From NCBI GenBank assembly GCA_963725665.1, contig CAVRZA010000011.1:160001-224000 (forward strand): DNA of 64,000 bases. The letters run 5' to 3'. The notes below the pieces were generated by a model. That model was not told the origin of the DNA. It ran no database searches and saw nothing but the letters and a program-made list of their open reading frames with translations. How positions within the stretch are numbered: the stretch's first letter is position 1; every line of letters starts with the position of its first letter. Origin of the DNA: an uncultured Actinomycetes bacterium (GTDB lineage Bacteria; Actinomycetota; Thermoleophilia; UBA2241). The translations under genes and the position numbers were made by a program. Positions 48,055-57,986 of the stretch are shown one piece after another.

Positions 48055-48055
48055 C

Positions 48056-48817
48056 ATGGGCGTGCTCGAAGACACCGTCTGCCTGGTCACCGGCGCCGCG
48101 CAGGGCATCGGCAAGGGCATCGTGATCCGCATGGCCCAGGAGGGCGCCCGTGTCGCGGTGAACGCGCGCCTCGACGACGCCCGGCTCACGGCCGTTGTCG
48201 ACGAGATGGGCGGTTACCCGGCGCCCTTCGACATCGCCGACCCCGACGCCAACAGGGCCATGGTCGCGGACGTGGAGGCCAGTCTGGGTCCCATCGAGGT
48301 GCTCGTCTGCAACGCGGCGCGCATGACCATGATGCCCTTCCTGGAGCAGCCGCCGGAGCAGTGGTGGGAGCAGATCCGCGTCAACCTCACGGGGCACATG
48401 GACCTCATCACCAAGGTCCTCCCCGGCATGCGCAAGCTGGGCCGTGGCAGGATCGTCCTCATCAGCTCGCTCTGGGGACCGATCGGCTGGGAGAACGCCA
48501 CCGGCTACGCCTCGACCAAGTCGGCGCTGATCGCGCTCGGGCGCTCGCTCGGAAAGGAGCTCGCGCCCGAGCACATCTACGTGACCGTCGTGGCACCGGG
48601 GATCATCGACACCCCCCAGCTCCAGGTCGACGCCGACGACGCCGGCGTCACGCTCCAGGAGATGCACGCCATCTACGCCAAGAACATCCCCGCGGGTCGC
48701 ATCGGCACGCCCGACGACGTGGCGCGCGCGGTCGTCTTTCTCTCGACCGAGACCGCCGGCGCCTACGTGGGGCAGACCCTCCATCCGAACGGTGGTGAGA
48801 TCAGATGCTCGATGTGA
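48056..48817 (+). CDS. SDR oxidoreductase
   Basis: TGAAQGIG, CNA and YASTK motifs. Confidence 0.9.
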   Translation: MGVLEDTVCLVTGAAQGIGKGIVIRMAQEGARVAVNARLDDARLTAVVDEMGGYPAPFDIADPDANRAMVADVEASLGPIEVLVCNAARMTMMPFLEQPPEQWWEQIRVNLTGHMDLITKVLPGMRKLGRGRIVLISSLWGPIGWENATGYASTKSALIALGRSLGKELAPEHIYVTVVAPGIIDTPQLQVDADDAGVTLQEMHAIYAKNIPAGRIGTPDDVARAVVFLSTETAGAYVGQTLHPNGGEIRCSM

Positions 48818-49857
48818 ACGCCACGTGGCGCTACGCGCCGGTGCAGGCCTGGAAGGGCGACGCGGCGGCGCTCGCGATCCTCAGCTTCGACGTCGACGCC
48901 GAGACGCCGCTGCTCGCCGCGGGGGAGAAGTACACGCAGCACCTCTCGACGATGTCGCACCAGGCCTACGGGCCGACAATCGGCGTGCCGCGCATCATCA
49001 GGATGCTGGCGCGGCACGGCAAGCCAGCGACGTTCTTCGTCCCCGGCTGGACGGCCGAGCACTACCCGCGCTGCATGGAGGCGATCCTCGAGTCGGGGCA
49101 CGAGATCGCCCTGCACGGCTACACGCATCGCCCACCCTGCTACAACACCGCCGACGAGCAGCGCGCCGAGATCGAGAAGGGGCTCGCCGCCTTCGAGAAG
49201 TTCGGCGTCAAGCCCTTCGGCTACCGCGCCCCGATGTGGCAGACGTCGAAGCACACGCTGGAGATGCTGGGTGAGTACGGCATGCGCTACGACTCCTCCC
49301 TGATGGACGACGACCGGCCCTACCTGCTCGACACACCCTCTGGGCGGATCGCCGAGATGTGCCCCCAGTGGTACCTCGACGACTGGGAGCAGTACGTCTA
49401 TGTGCCCGATCCCGACATGGGGGCGACCATCAACCGACCCAGCGTCGTCGCCCAATTATGGATCGAGGAGCTCGAAGGCGAGCGCGAGACGGGCTCGCTG
49501 CTCATGCTCACCTGCCACCCCTTCGCCAGCGGCCGGCCGGGACGCATCAAGGCCATCGAGAAGCTGATCGACTTCGCCGACGAGTGCGGGGACGTGGCCT
49601 TCACGCGCGCCGACGAGCTGGCGCGCAAGCTGCTGGCGGTACCCGACGCCGCAGCTCAGCGACGAGCGGCCGGAGTGAACCGCCGACTTGCGGCGACGAG
49701 CGGTGTGCAGGAGCTGAGCGTCCTGCAGGAAGTGTGGGCACCTGCACCTCGCCACGATGGAGTCCCGAGCCATATGCTCACGGCGAATAGGTACAAACGG
49801 TGGCCGAAGCGGGTATCTTGTCGAGCGTTGTCCCGCCTCTCGGAGGAGGTGCCGTAA
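48805..49857 (+). CDS. Polysaccharide deacetylase / PuuE-like CE4 hydrolase (true end probably near 49680)
   Basis: SFDVDAE, YG, TFFVPG, HEIALHGYTH, GYRAP, YDSS, DDW and HP motifs. Confidence 0.85.
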   Translation: MLDVNATWRYAPVQAWKGDAAALAILSFDVDAETPLLAAGEKYTQHLSTMSHQAYGPTIGVPRIIRMLARHGKPATFFVPGWTAEHYPRCMEAILESGHEIALHGYTHRPPCYNTADEQRAEIEKGLAAFEKFGVKPFGYRAPMWQTSKHTLEMLGEYGMRYDSSLMDDDRPYLLDTPSGRIAEMCPQWYLDDWEQYVYVPDPDMGATINRPSVVAQLWIEELEGERETGSLLMLTCHPFASGRPGRIKAIEKLIDFADECGDVAFTRADELARKLLAVPDAAAQRRAAGVNRRLAATSGVQELSVLQEVWAPAPRHDGVPSHMLTANRYKRWPKRVSCRALSRLSEEVP

Positions 49858-49949
49858 GCGATGCGCTTGACATCGTCTCGCAAGGCTACCGACCACCCGG
49901 CGCCGCCGGCGCCGGATCTTACGTCGCAATCCAGACAAGGGGGACTGCA

Positions 49950-51482
49950 TTGAGTGACATCACGGCCCCGCCGCGGGGCAACTCAGGCGAGGCGGAGGCT
50001 CAGAGACTAGGCTACAAGCAGGAGCTGAGGCGCGAGTTCGGCTTCTTCCACGCGTTCGCCATCAGTTTCGCCGACACGTCGCTGATCGTCGCCTTCTACG
50101 GCTCCTTCGCGCTGGCACTGGGGGCGGCAGGCCCCACCTTCTTCTGGGGCATGATCGCCGTCCTGCATCTTCCAGATCCTGGTCGTCCTCGTCCTCGGCG
50201 AGGTGTCCAGCCGCTACCCGCTCGAGGGCGGCATCTACCAGTGGACACTCGAACAGACGGGGGCCACCTCCGGGTGGTTCTCGGCCTGGGCGTACTGGTG
50301 GACGATGGTCTTCACCATGACGAGCTGCGCCTATGCGTCGGCGAGCTTCCTGCTGCCCGGCCTCGGCTTCGACACCGCGGACGAAGGGCTGGTTCATCGC
50401 CGTCGCGGCCGTCATCGTGCTCTTCGGCCTCGCCATCAACAGCATCGCACAGTGTGATCCTCAAGGTATTCGTGACCATCCTGCTCATCGCGGAGGTGAC
50501 GACCACCATCGGCCTCTCCTTGGTGTTCTTCTTCGGCTACCGGGAACACGGCTTCAGCACCTTGTTTCACTCCTTCAACACCGCCGGCAACAGTACGTTC
50601 AACTGGGTCTGGATCGGCTTCTTCGGCGCCATCGCCTTCATGGGCTGGACGTTCCTAGGCTTCGAGGCGGCAGGCTCCATCGCCGAGGAGGTACACGAGC
50701 CGGCCAAGAACGTGCCGCGGGCGATGATCGCGGTGTGCGTCGGCATCGGCATCATCACGCTGTTCGTCACGGTCGCCTTCATCCTCGCCATCCCCAACAT
50801 CAGCGACGCCATGACGGGCAACATCGCCGACCCCGTGATACAGACGCATCACCTTCCACCTCGGCACCGGCTATCGAGAAGCCGCTGCTCGATCATGATC
50901 TCGCTCGGCTTCATGGGCAGCATGGTGGCCTTGCACATGGCGGGCTCGCGCACTCTGTACTCATTCGGGCGCGACAAGATGATCCCCGGCTCGAGCTATG
51001 CCACCATCCTGAGCAAGAACCGCAAGCTCCCGTGGGTGGCCCTCAGCTTCACCTCGGCCATCTCGATCGTCATCCTGCTCGTCAACATCGGCGCGGAGCG
51101 GGTGTTCACGACGCTGTTGCAGATCTCGGCCGCCGGCTTCTTCATCTCGTACGGCTTCGTCGTCATCTCGCAGTTGGTGACGCATATCAACAAGCGTCAC
51201 TCGCACGGGCCGTTCAGTCTGGGCAGGTGGAGCTACCCCATCACGTGGATCGCCTCGGTCTGGATCGTCTTCGAGATCATCAACCTGATGTGGCCGCGCA
51301 GCGCCGTCGCTCCCCTGGTACCAGAACTGGGGCGTGATCACGATCACGGCTGTCCTGACCGTCGCCGGCGCTATCGTGTTCCTCGTCGTGCCGAAGGAAG
51401 GGGGACACGTCGGGCGAGCCGCCCAAGGAGGAGATCGCCGAAGGCGCGGCCTTCGCCGATCATCCGGCCGATTGACGCCTGA
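49950..51482 (+). CDS. APC family amino acid permease (several frameshifts)
   Basis: LGYKQELRR, SRYPLEGGIYQW, GFEAAGSIAEE, SRTLYSFGRD and GPFSLGRW motifs across shifted frames. Confidence 0.85.
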   Translation: MSDITAPPRGNSGEAEAQRLGYKQELRREFGFFHAFAISFADTSLIVAFYGSFALALGAAGPTFFWGMIAVLHLPDPGRPRPRRGVQPLPARGRHLPVDTRTDGGHLRVVLGLGVLVDDGLHHDELRLCVGELPAARPRLRHRGRRAGSSPSRPSSCSSASPSTASHSVILKVFVTILLIAEVTTTIGLSLVFFFGYREHGFSTLFHSFNTAGNSTFNWVWIGFFGAIAFMGWTFLGFEAAGSIAEEVHEPAKNVPRAMIAVCVGIGIITLFVTVAFILAIPNISDAMTGNIADPVIQTHHLPPRHRLSRSRCSIMISLGFMGSMVALHMAGSRTLYSFGRDKMIPGSSYATILSKNRKLPWVALSFTSAISIVILLVNIGAERVFTTLLQISAAGFFISYGFVVISQLVTHINKRHSHGPFSLGRWSYPITWIASVWIVFEIINLMWPRSAVAPLVPELGRDHDHGCPDRRRRYRVPRRAEGRGTRRASRPRRRSPKARPSPIIRPIDA

Positions 51483-51515
51483 CACGCACACGACCTAGAC
51501 AAGCGACGAGACGCA

Positions 51516-51637
51516 GGGCGTGCGGGCGAGCCGGGAGGCTCGCCCGCACGCCCCCTCGTGCCACAACGAGCGGCACGACGTGAACAGGAGTCGCCGGCGC
51601 CGGGTGGCCTTCAAGGCCACCCGGCGCCGGCGACTCC
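51516..51637. repeat. Three consecutive intergenic inverted repeats (17, 7 and 25 bp)
   Basis: 17-bp stem at 51516-51553; 7-bp stem at 51556-51578; perfect 25-bp arms around one central base at 51587-51637. Confidence 0.85.
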
Positions 51638-51657
51638 CTCCAGCGAAAGGAGCGCGA

Positions 51658-52413
51658 ATGGCAGAAGGCAGACTGGCAGGCCGCGTGGCTCTCATCACCG
51701 GCGGCAGCCGCGGCATCGGTGCCGCGATCGCGAAGGCATTCGCTCGCGAGGGGGCCAGGGTCGCATTCACCTACCACAAGCGCGCAGACGCGGCGCGCGA
51801 GGTCGTCGCGGTGATCGAGGCCGCCGGAGACGAGGCGCTCGCCATCCAGGCCGACGCCTCGCAGGTCGACGACGCCAGGCGCGCCGTCGACGAGACGGTG
51901 CATCGCTTCGGCCACATCAACATCCTCGTCAACAACGCCGGCGCCATCGGCGCCGAGTACACGGTGCAGGACATGCCCGTCGAGGAGTGGGATCGGCTTA
52001 TCGGCACGGACCTGCGCGGTGTCTTCCTGGCGACGAAGTTCGCCTTGCCGCACATGAAGACCGACCCGGTCGGCAAGATCATCAACATCAGCTCAGAGCT
52101 GTCGATCAAGGGTCGCCCGACGCAGGCCCACTACTGCGCGGCGAAGGGCGGCATCAACGGCTTCACGCGCGCCCTCCAGTGGGAGGTGGGGCCGGGCATC
52201 TGCGTGAACAGCCTGGCGCCCGGCCCGATAGCGACCGACCTCATCCTCGCCGACATGACGCCGGAGTGGATCGAGAAGGAGAAGGACATCCTCGCCGGCC
52301 GGCTCGGTGAGGTCGAGGAAATCGCGGAGCCGGCGGTCATGCTGGCCTCCGACGAAGGCAACTTCTTCATGGGTCAGTTCATCAGTCCCAACGGCGGCGC
52401 CGTCTTCACGTGA
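51658..52413 (+). CDS. SDR oxidoreductase
   Basis: TGGSRGIG, NNAG and YCAAK motifs. Confidence 0.92.
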   Translation: MAEGRLAGRVALITGGSRGIGAAIAKAFAREGARVAFTYHKRADAAREVVAVIEAAGDEALAIQADASQVDDARRAVDETVHRFGHINILVNNAGAIGAEYTVQDMPVEEWDRLIGTDLRGVFLATKFALPHMKTDPVGKIINISSELSIKGRPTQAHYCAAKGGINGFTRALQWEVGPGICVNSLAPGPIATDLILADMTPEWIEKEKDILAGRLGEVEEIAEPAVMLASDEGNFFMGQFISPNGGAVFT

Positions 52414-52513
52414 GCCGCGAGGGACCGCGACCCAGAAAAGGCAGTGAACACCAGCACGCAGGGTGCCCTGTGACCGATGTGCACGCGCCTCTGGCGCCCG
52501 AAAGGGGTTGACG

Positions 52514-53571
52514 ATGATCACTGAAGGGCTCAAGGGACGCGACTTCATCACCCTGCGCGACTTCACCAGGGCCGAGATCGAGACCATGCTCGACGTGGGC
52601 CTCAAGCTCAAGGCGGACAGCGCGATGCGCGTCCGCCACCAGGACGTGCTGCCCGGACGCACGCTGCTGCATGATGTTCTTCAACCCCTCTCTGCGCACA
52701 CGCAACAGCTTCGAGGCCGGCATCTTCCAGCTCGGCGGGCACGCGCACTTCCTCGAGCCCTCCGCCACGCGCCTGCCCACCCTCGAGGGTGAGGACGTGC
52801 CCTATCAGTCGGAGCGCATCGCCGACGTCGCACGCGTGCTCTCGCGCATGGGCGACGCCATCGCCATCCGCATCCTGGGCGGCGCCGTCGACTGGCAGTA
52901 CGAGAAGTCGCTGCGCATCATCGAGGAGTTCGCCACGTACTCGAAGGTGCCGGTCATCAACATGGAGGACAACAAGTACCACCCCAACCAGGGCATGGCC
53001 GACGCGATGACGCTCTGGGAGCACCTCGGGCGCGACCTGCGCGGGCGCAAGCTGGGCGTCTCCTGGACCTACTCGCCCTCCACCAAGAAGCCCATCGCCC
53101 CGCATCACGACTTCATGTACGCGGCCAGCTTCTTCGGGCCCGACATCGTCTTCGCCCACCCGCCCGAGCTGCGCATCGACCCCGACGTCGGAGCAGGCGA
53201 TCAAGACCAACCTCGAGGCCAACGGCGGCTCCTACGAGGTCGTCGACGATATGGACGCCGCCTGCGAGGACGCCGACGTGGTCTACGCCAAGAACTACGT
53301 GGCGCTTGACCTGCTGCCTCCCGTGACGGCCGAGCCGCAGCACGACGAGATGGCACGCCTTTTCGAGAAGTACCGCGGTTGGATCGCCGACGAGCGGCGC
53401 ATGAGGCTCGCCAAGAAGACCGCCTTCTACATGCACTGCCTGCCCTGCGAACGTGGCTACGAGGTCGCCGATGCGGTGCTCGACGACCCGCAGTGGGGTA
53501 CGCCCTGCTACGACGAGGCCGAGAACCGGCTGCACGCGCAGAAGGGCGTCATGGCCTGCATCATCCCCTGA
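52514..53571 (+). CDS. Carbamoyltransferase, YgeW/AOTCase-like, copy 1 (frameshifts near 52665 and 53190)
   Basis: FFNPSLRTR, HPNQ, WTYSPSTKKP, HCLPCERGYEV and EAENRLH motifs. Confidence 0.88.
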
Positions 53572-53681
53572 AGGAGCCGGCCGGCTCGCGAGCGCGCCGC
53601 GCTCGATGTCCGCTGCAGGGCGGCGAGAGCCGACGCCATTGAAGACCCCGCAAGAGGAGACCACCGAGGAGGGTGTCAAGC

Positions 53682-54729
53682 ATGCAGACGACCTCACTGA
53701 AGGGCCGTGACTTCATCGCCATCTCCGACTTCACCAGAGAGGAGATCGAGACGATCCTCGACACGGCCTTCGAGCTCAAGCTCGAGCGGGCCCGCGGTGT
53801 GCGCCACCATCTGCTCGAGGACGCCACGCTCTACATGATGTTCTACAACAAGAGCCTGCGCACTCGGAACAGCTTCGAGACCGGCATCCACCAGCTCGGC
53901 GGCCACGCCATCTACCTCGACTCCAACGCCGTCTACACACCGGCCGTCGAGGGCAAGGAGCAGGCCTTCGTGACCGAGCGTCTCGACGACGTCGCCAAGG
54001 TGCTCTCGCGCTACGGCGAGGCGATCGCCATCCGCATCTTCGGCGACCCCGTAGGCTGGCTGCACGGCGAGGCCAATGCCTACATGCGCGCCTTCGCCGA
54101 GGCCGCCGACATCCCCGTCATCAACATGGAAGACGACATGTACCACCCCTGCCAGGGCATCGCCGACCTGATGACGATGAAGGAGAAGCTGGGCAGCCTC
54201 GAGAGACGCAAGGTCGTCGTGAGCTGGGCCTACTCGCCCTCGCGCAAGAAGCCCGTCAGCGTGCCGCACTCGATGATGCAGGTGAGCTCGCTCTTCGGGG
54301 CCGACGTGGTCTTCGCCCGCCCGCACGGTTTCGAGCTCGATCCGGCGCAGATCGCGAAGGCCAAGGACAACGTCTCGCGCTACGGCGGCTCGTTCGAGGA
54401 GACCGACGACATGCGCGCCGCCTTCGAGGGCGCCGACGTGGTCTATCCCAAGTGCTGGCCGGCCATCCAGTTCATGGCCGGGCCCGGCAAGGAGGCCGAC
54501 TGGGAGGCCCAGGATGAGCTCTTCGAGGCCAACCGAGGCTGGATCGCCGACGAGGAGATCATGAAGCTCACGAAGCGCGACTGTCTCTACATGCACTGCC
54601 TGCCCTGCGACCGCGGCTATGAGGTGACCGACGCCGGTCATCGACGGTCCTCACTCCGTGGTCTACGACCAGGCCGAGAACCGCATGCACGGCCAGAAGG
54701 CCGTCATGGCGCTCACCATGAGGGGATGA
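53682..54729 (+). CDS. Carbamoyltransferase, YgeW/AOTCase-like, copy 2 (frameshift near 54635)
   Basis: [38 protein letters not shown] and QAENRMH motifs. Confidence 0.88.
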
Positions 54730-54738
54730 GGCTCCACC

Positions 54739-55621
54739 ATGGCTGACGAGACGAGGACGCGCGGCGAAGAGCTGCGCCAGTACAACGCCTGCGGACCGCG
54801 TGCGCAAGCTCCTGCTCTGCCCGCCCGACCTACTACCGCGAGCTCGAGATCTCGGAGATCGCCCACCGCACGGTCCAGGGCGGCGAGGTCGTCGACCTGC
54901 GTGTCGCCGAACCCGATGCACGAGGGTCTGGCGCGGGCCCTCGAGGAGGCCGGCATCGAGCTCGCCTGGGAGGAGCCGCACCCCGACCACGCCTGGCAGG
55001 TCTACACGCGCGACTTCGGCGTCAACACGCCGGCCGGGGTGCTGATCGGCAAGTACCGCTACGAGCCGCGCTGGGGCGACGAGGAGTTCGCCATCGCGGC
55101 CCTGACGAAGCTCGGCGTCGACATCGCCGGTCGCGTGTCTCGGGGCGCCGTCGAGGGCGGCGACTGCTGGCTGCTCGACGAGTCGACGCTCGTCATCGGC
55201 GCCGGCAACCGCTCCAACCTCGAGGGCATCGAGAACGCCGCCGAGATCCTGCAAGCCGCACGGCATCGACGTGGTGCCAGTGGAGTTCGACCCCACGTGG
55301 AACCACCTCGACATGATCTTCCGCGTGCTCGCAGAGAAGCTCGCTATGTACGGCGAGGCCGGTCTGCCGGCGAGCTACGTGCGCTTCCTCAAGGACTGCG
55401 GCTGGCGGCTCATCCCCCTGCCCGAGGAGCAGGTCATGAAGACGGGCTGCAACGTACTCGCGCTCGGTGAGGGACGCATCCTCTCCTTCGCCGAGAACGA
55501 GGCCGTCAACGAGCTGCTCGTGGCCGAGGGCTTCGCGCTCGTGGCGCCGCCGCTGCGCGAGTTCACCAAGATGGGCGGCGGGCCGCACTGCCTGACCTTC
55601 GAGGTGCAGCGCGACCGGTAG
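54739..55621 (+). CDS. Amidinotransferase-fold (pentein) deiminase/DDAH-like protein (frameshifts)
   Basis: YTRD, R..E, VEGGD, HLD, CN and GGGPHCLT motifs. Confidence 0.85.
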
Positions 55622-55718
55622 ACGAGAGCTTGGCAGATCCGCGGGGGCGCGCGGCGCAACCCGAAGGGACACGCCGCCCGCCCCTTGAGCCTTTCGAGAC
55701 GAACGGGAGTCAGCAACT

Positions 55719-56156
55719 ATGAGCACGACGGCGCTCATCGTGATGGCGGTCGCATTCTACGTCGTGTTCGCCGTCTCGAACTCGCAGGCGGGAGGCCATA
55801 TCGACGCCAGCCTGAGCTCCGTCATCTTCAACGGCCTCGGAGCGCTGCTTCCTCTCGCCTTCTACCTGGCCACCCGCGTCGGGCGCCCCGAACGGCTCGT
55901 CCCGACGCGACCCTCGGGCCTTGCCTACTCTGTCGTGGCCGGCGTCGCCGTCGCGGCCTTCTCCGTCGTCCTGATCACGATCTACGGGCGCGGCGGCTCC
56001 CTCTCCTACGTCTTCCCCACCGTCTACGGGGCAGCGGTAGCGCTCACCGCGGTGGTCGGCTGGCTGGTGCTCCGCGAGGCGTTCTCGCCGCTGCACGCGC
56101 TCGGAGTCATGGCCATCGTCGGCGGCATCGTCCTCCTCGCCTTGCCGGCCAAGTAG
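55719..56156 (+). CDS. Small DMT/EamA-like membrane transporter
   Basis: About five transmembrane helices; LVLREAFS..LG motif. Confidence 0.75.
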   Translation: MSTTALIVMAVAFYVVFAVSNSQAGGHIDASLSSVIFNGLGALLPLAFYLATRVGRPERLVPTRPSGLAYSVVAGVAVAAFSVVLITIYGRGGSLSYVFPTVYGAAVALTAVVGWLVLREAFSPLHALGVMAIVGGIVLLALPAK

Positions 56157-56210
56157 CACTCCGGCCGCCAATCGGAGGTGGCGCATCGGCGCCTCCAGAG
56201 AGTCGGCAGA

Positions 56211-57044
56211 TCAGGCCAGCCCGAGCGCTGTGACGGCGGCGATCGTCAGCGCGACGCCGGCGAGCTGGTGAGCCGCCGGCCGCTCACGAAAGACCACGAG
56301 CCCCAGAATCACGGCGAAGGTGGCGAACTGCGCGATCATGACGGAGGCCACGGCGACAGAGCCTGACGTCAGCGCCGTCGCCGAGAGGATGAGGCCGAAG
56401 GCTTCGCACAGGCCCGGCAGCGGCGCCAGCCGGCGCAGGCCCGGCTGGGGAAGAAGGGCCCCACGCCGCACCAGCAGCAGCGGCAGCACGACGGCCAGCG
56501 CGACGACGCGCGAGACCGCCACGGCGCTCACCGGGGCGATGGCGTCGGCGTGTGCGTAGAGCAGGAAGGTGACGCCGAAGACGGCCGCCGCGAACAGCGC
56601 CCACGGCGCCCCGGCTGCCGTCCTGCGCCCCCTTTCGCTGGCGGCGAGCACGCCGCCGGCGACTGCCGCCGCTAGAGCGACGGCCGTCGCCGGCGCGAGC
56701 CGCTCGCCGAGACCGAACGAGATCGCTGCCGCGAAGGCTCCCTCGAGCGCCGTCAGGGGAGCCACGATCGACAGGCTGCCGCGCTCGAGGCCCCTGAGCA
56801 GCGAGCCGAAGGCGATCACGTAGAGCGCACCGGCCACGGCCGCCGAGCCGATCGCCCGCCACTCCGCAGCGGCGTGCGGCAGACCGTCGGTCAGCAGAGC
56901 CGGCGGCAGTGCGACGACGACGCCGACGGCCAGGATCCAGAACAGCACGGAGAGCACCGGGGCGCGCCTGACGACACGCGCCGCGGAGAAGTCGCCGAAG
57001 GCGAAGACGACGGCCGCCAGGAGGCCAAGGGCGACGGTGAGCAC
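56211..57044 (-). CDS. DMT/EamA family transporter
   Basis: G.LSIVAP, LGER and FRERP..QL.G motifs. Confidence 0.85.
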   Translation of the reverse strand: MLTVALGLLAAVVFAFGDFSAARVVRRAPVLSVLFWILAVGVVVALPPALLTDGLPHAAAEWRAIGSAAVAGALYVIAFGSLLRGLERGSLSIVAPLTALEGAFAAAISFGLGERLAPATAVALAAAVAGGVLAASERGRRTAAGAPWALFAAAVFGVTFLLYAHADAIAPVSAVAVSRVVALAVVLPLLLVRRGALLPQPGLRRLAPLPGLCEAFGLILSATALTSGSVAVASVMIAQFATFAVILGLVVFRERPAAHQLAGVALTIAAVTALGLA

Positions 57045-57056
57045 AGCGCCGCCGCC

Positions 57057-57908
57057 CTACGCGACGGCGGCTAGGATCGTCACGGCGACGAGCGTCAGCG
57101 CGATGCCGAGCAACTGAGTGCGCGCCGGTCGCTCGCGCAGCAAGACCATGCCGAGGACGACGGCCATAGTGCCCGTCTGCGCCACGACGATGCCGACGAC
57201 CGAGAGCGGACCCAGCGAGGTCGCGGTGGCGAACGTGAGGATCGCTACCGTGTCGAGGAGGCCGCAAGCGACCACGCGGCGGCGGAACGGACGCGCCACC
57301 TTCCAGGTGCCGCGCAGGATGGCCAGCGGCAGAAGCAACACGACCGTCGCCAAGCCGGCGAACAGGGCCACGCCGACCGGCGGCAGCGCCGAGGCCTCGC
57401 CGAAACAGATGGTGACGAGCCCGAACGCGGCCGCCGCCGCCACGGCCCAGCCGGTCCCGGCGGCGGCTGACCGCGGCCGTCCGCCGTCGGCGTCCGGCTC
57501 GAGCGAGGTCAGCGCACTGCCGACGAGCGCCAGCGGCAGGCCGATCCACACGGCGCGCGCGACCGGCTGCCCGATCAGGAGCACGAAGACCACGGTGAAG
57601 GCGCTCGAGAGCGAGCCCAGGGGGGAGAGCACTGACAGCTTGCCGCGGCTGAGCGCCGTGAGCCAGGCGGTGAAGGCGGCGACCTCGAGCGTGCCGCCCA
57701 GGGCGGCCAGACCGGCGGCACGCCATTGGTCGCCGCCTGAGGGCAGGCTCCCGACGGCCAGGAAGATGACGACCAGACCCGCCAGGGCGACGACCCGGAT
57801 CCAGAGGACTCCCGCGATCGCCGCGGTCGCGCGCGCCACGGGCATGAGAAGGAAGTCCTGCAGCGCGTAGTTGAACGCGGTCGTGAGCCCGAGCAGAACG
57901 GTCAGCAT
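57057..57908 (-). CDS. DMT/EamA family transporter
   Basis: GKLSVLSP and LRERP..QLLG motifs; paralog of the neighbouring gene. Confidence 0.85.
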   Translation of the reverse strand: MLTVLLGLTTAFNYALQDFLLMPVARATAAIAGVLWIRVVALAGLVVIFLAVGSLPSGGDQWRAAGLAALGGTLEVAAFTAWLTALSRGKLSVLSPLGSLSSAFTVVFVLLIGQPVARAVWIGLPLALVGSALTSLEPDADGGRPRSAAAGTGWAVAAAAAFGLVTICFGEASALPPVGVALFAGLATVVLLLPLAILRGTWKVARPFRRRVVACGLLDTVAILTFATATSLGPLSVVGIVVAQTGTMAVVLGMVLLRERPARTQLLGIALTLVAVTILAAVA

Positions 57909-57986
57909 CGCATTCTCACGCTCACGGCCGGTGGTCGAGGATCGGGTGGGTGGAGGGCGCGGGCCTAGGGTCCGCGTCCGCGGACC

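Noticed and set aside
49680-49857. C-terminal extension of the deacetylase ORF
   Set aside because: Atypical codon usage, and it contains an operator-like box; likely read-through from an indel near 49660.
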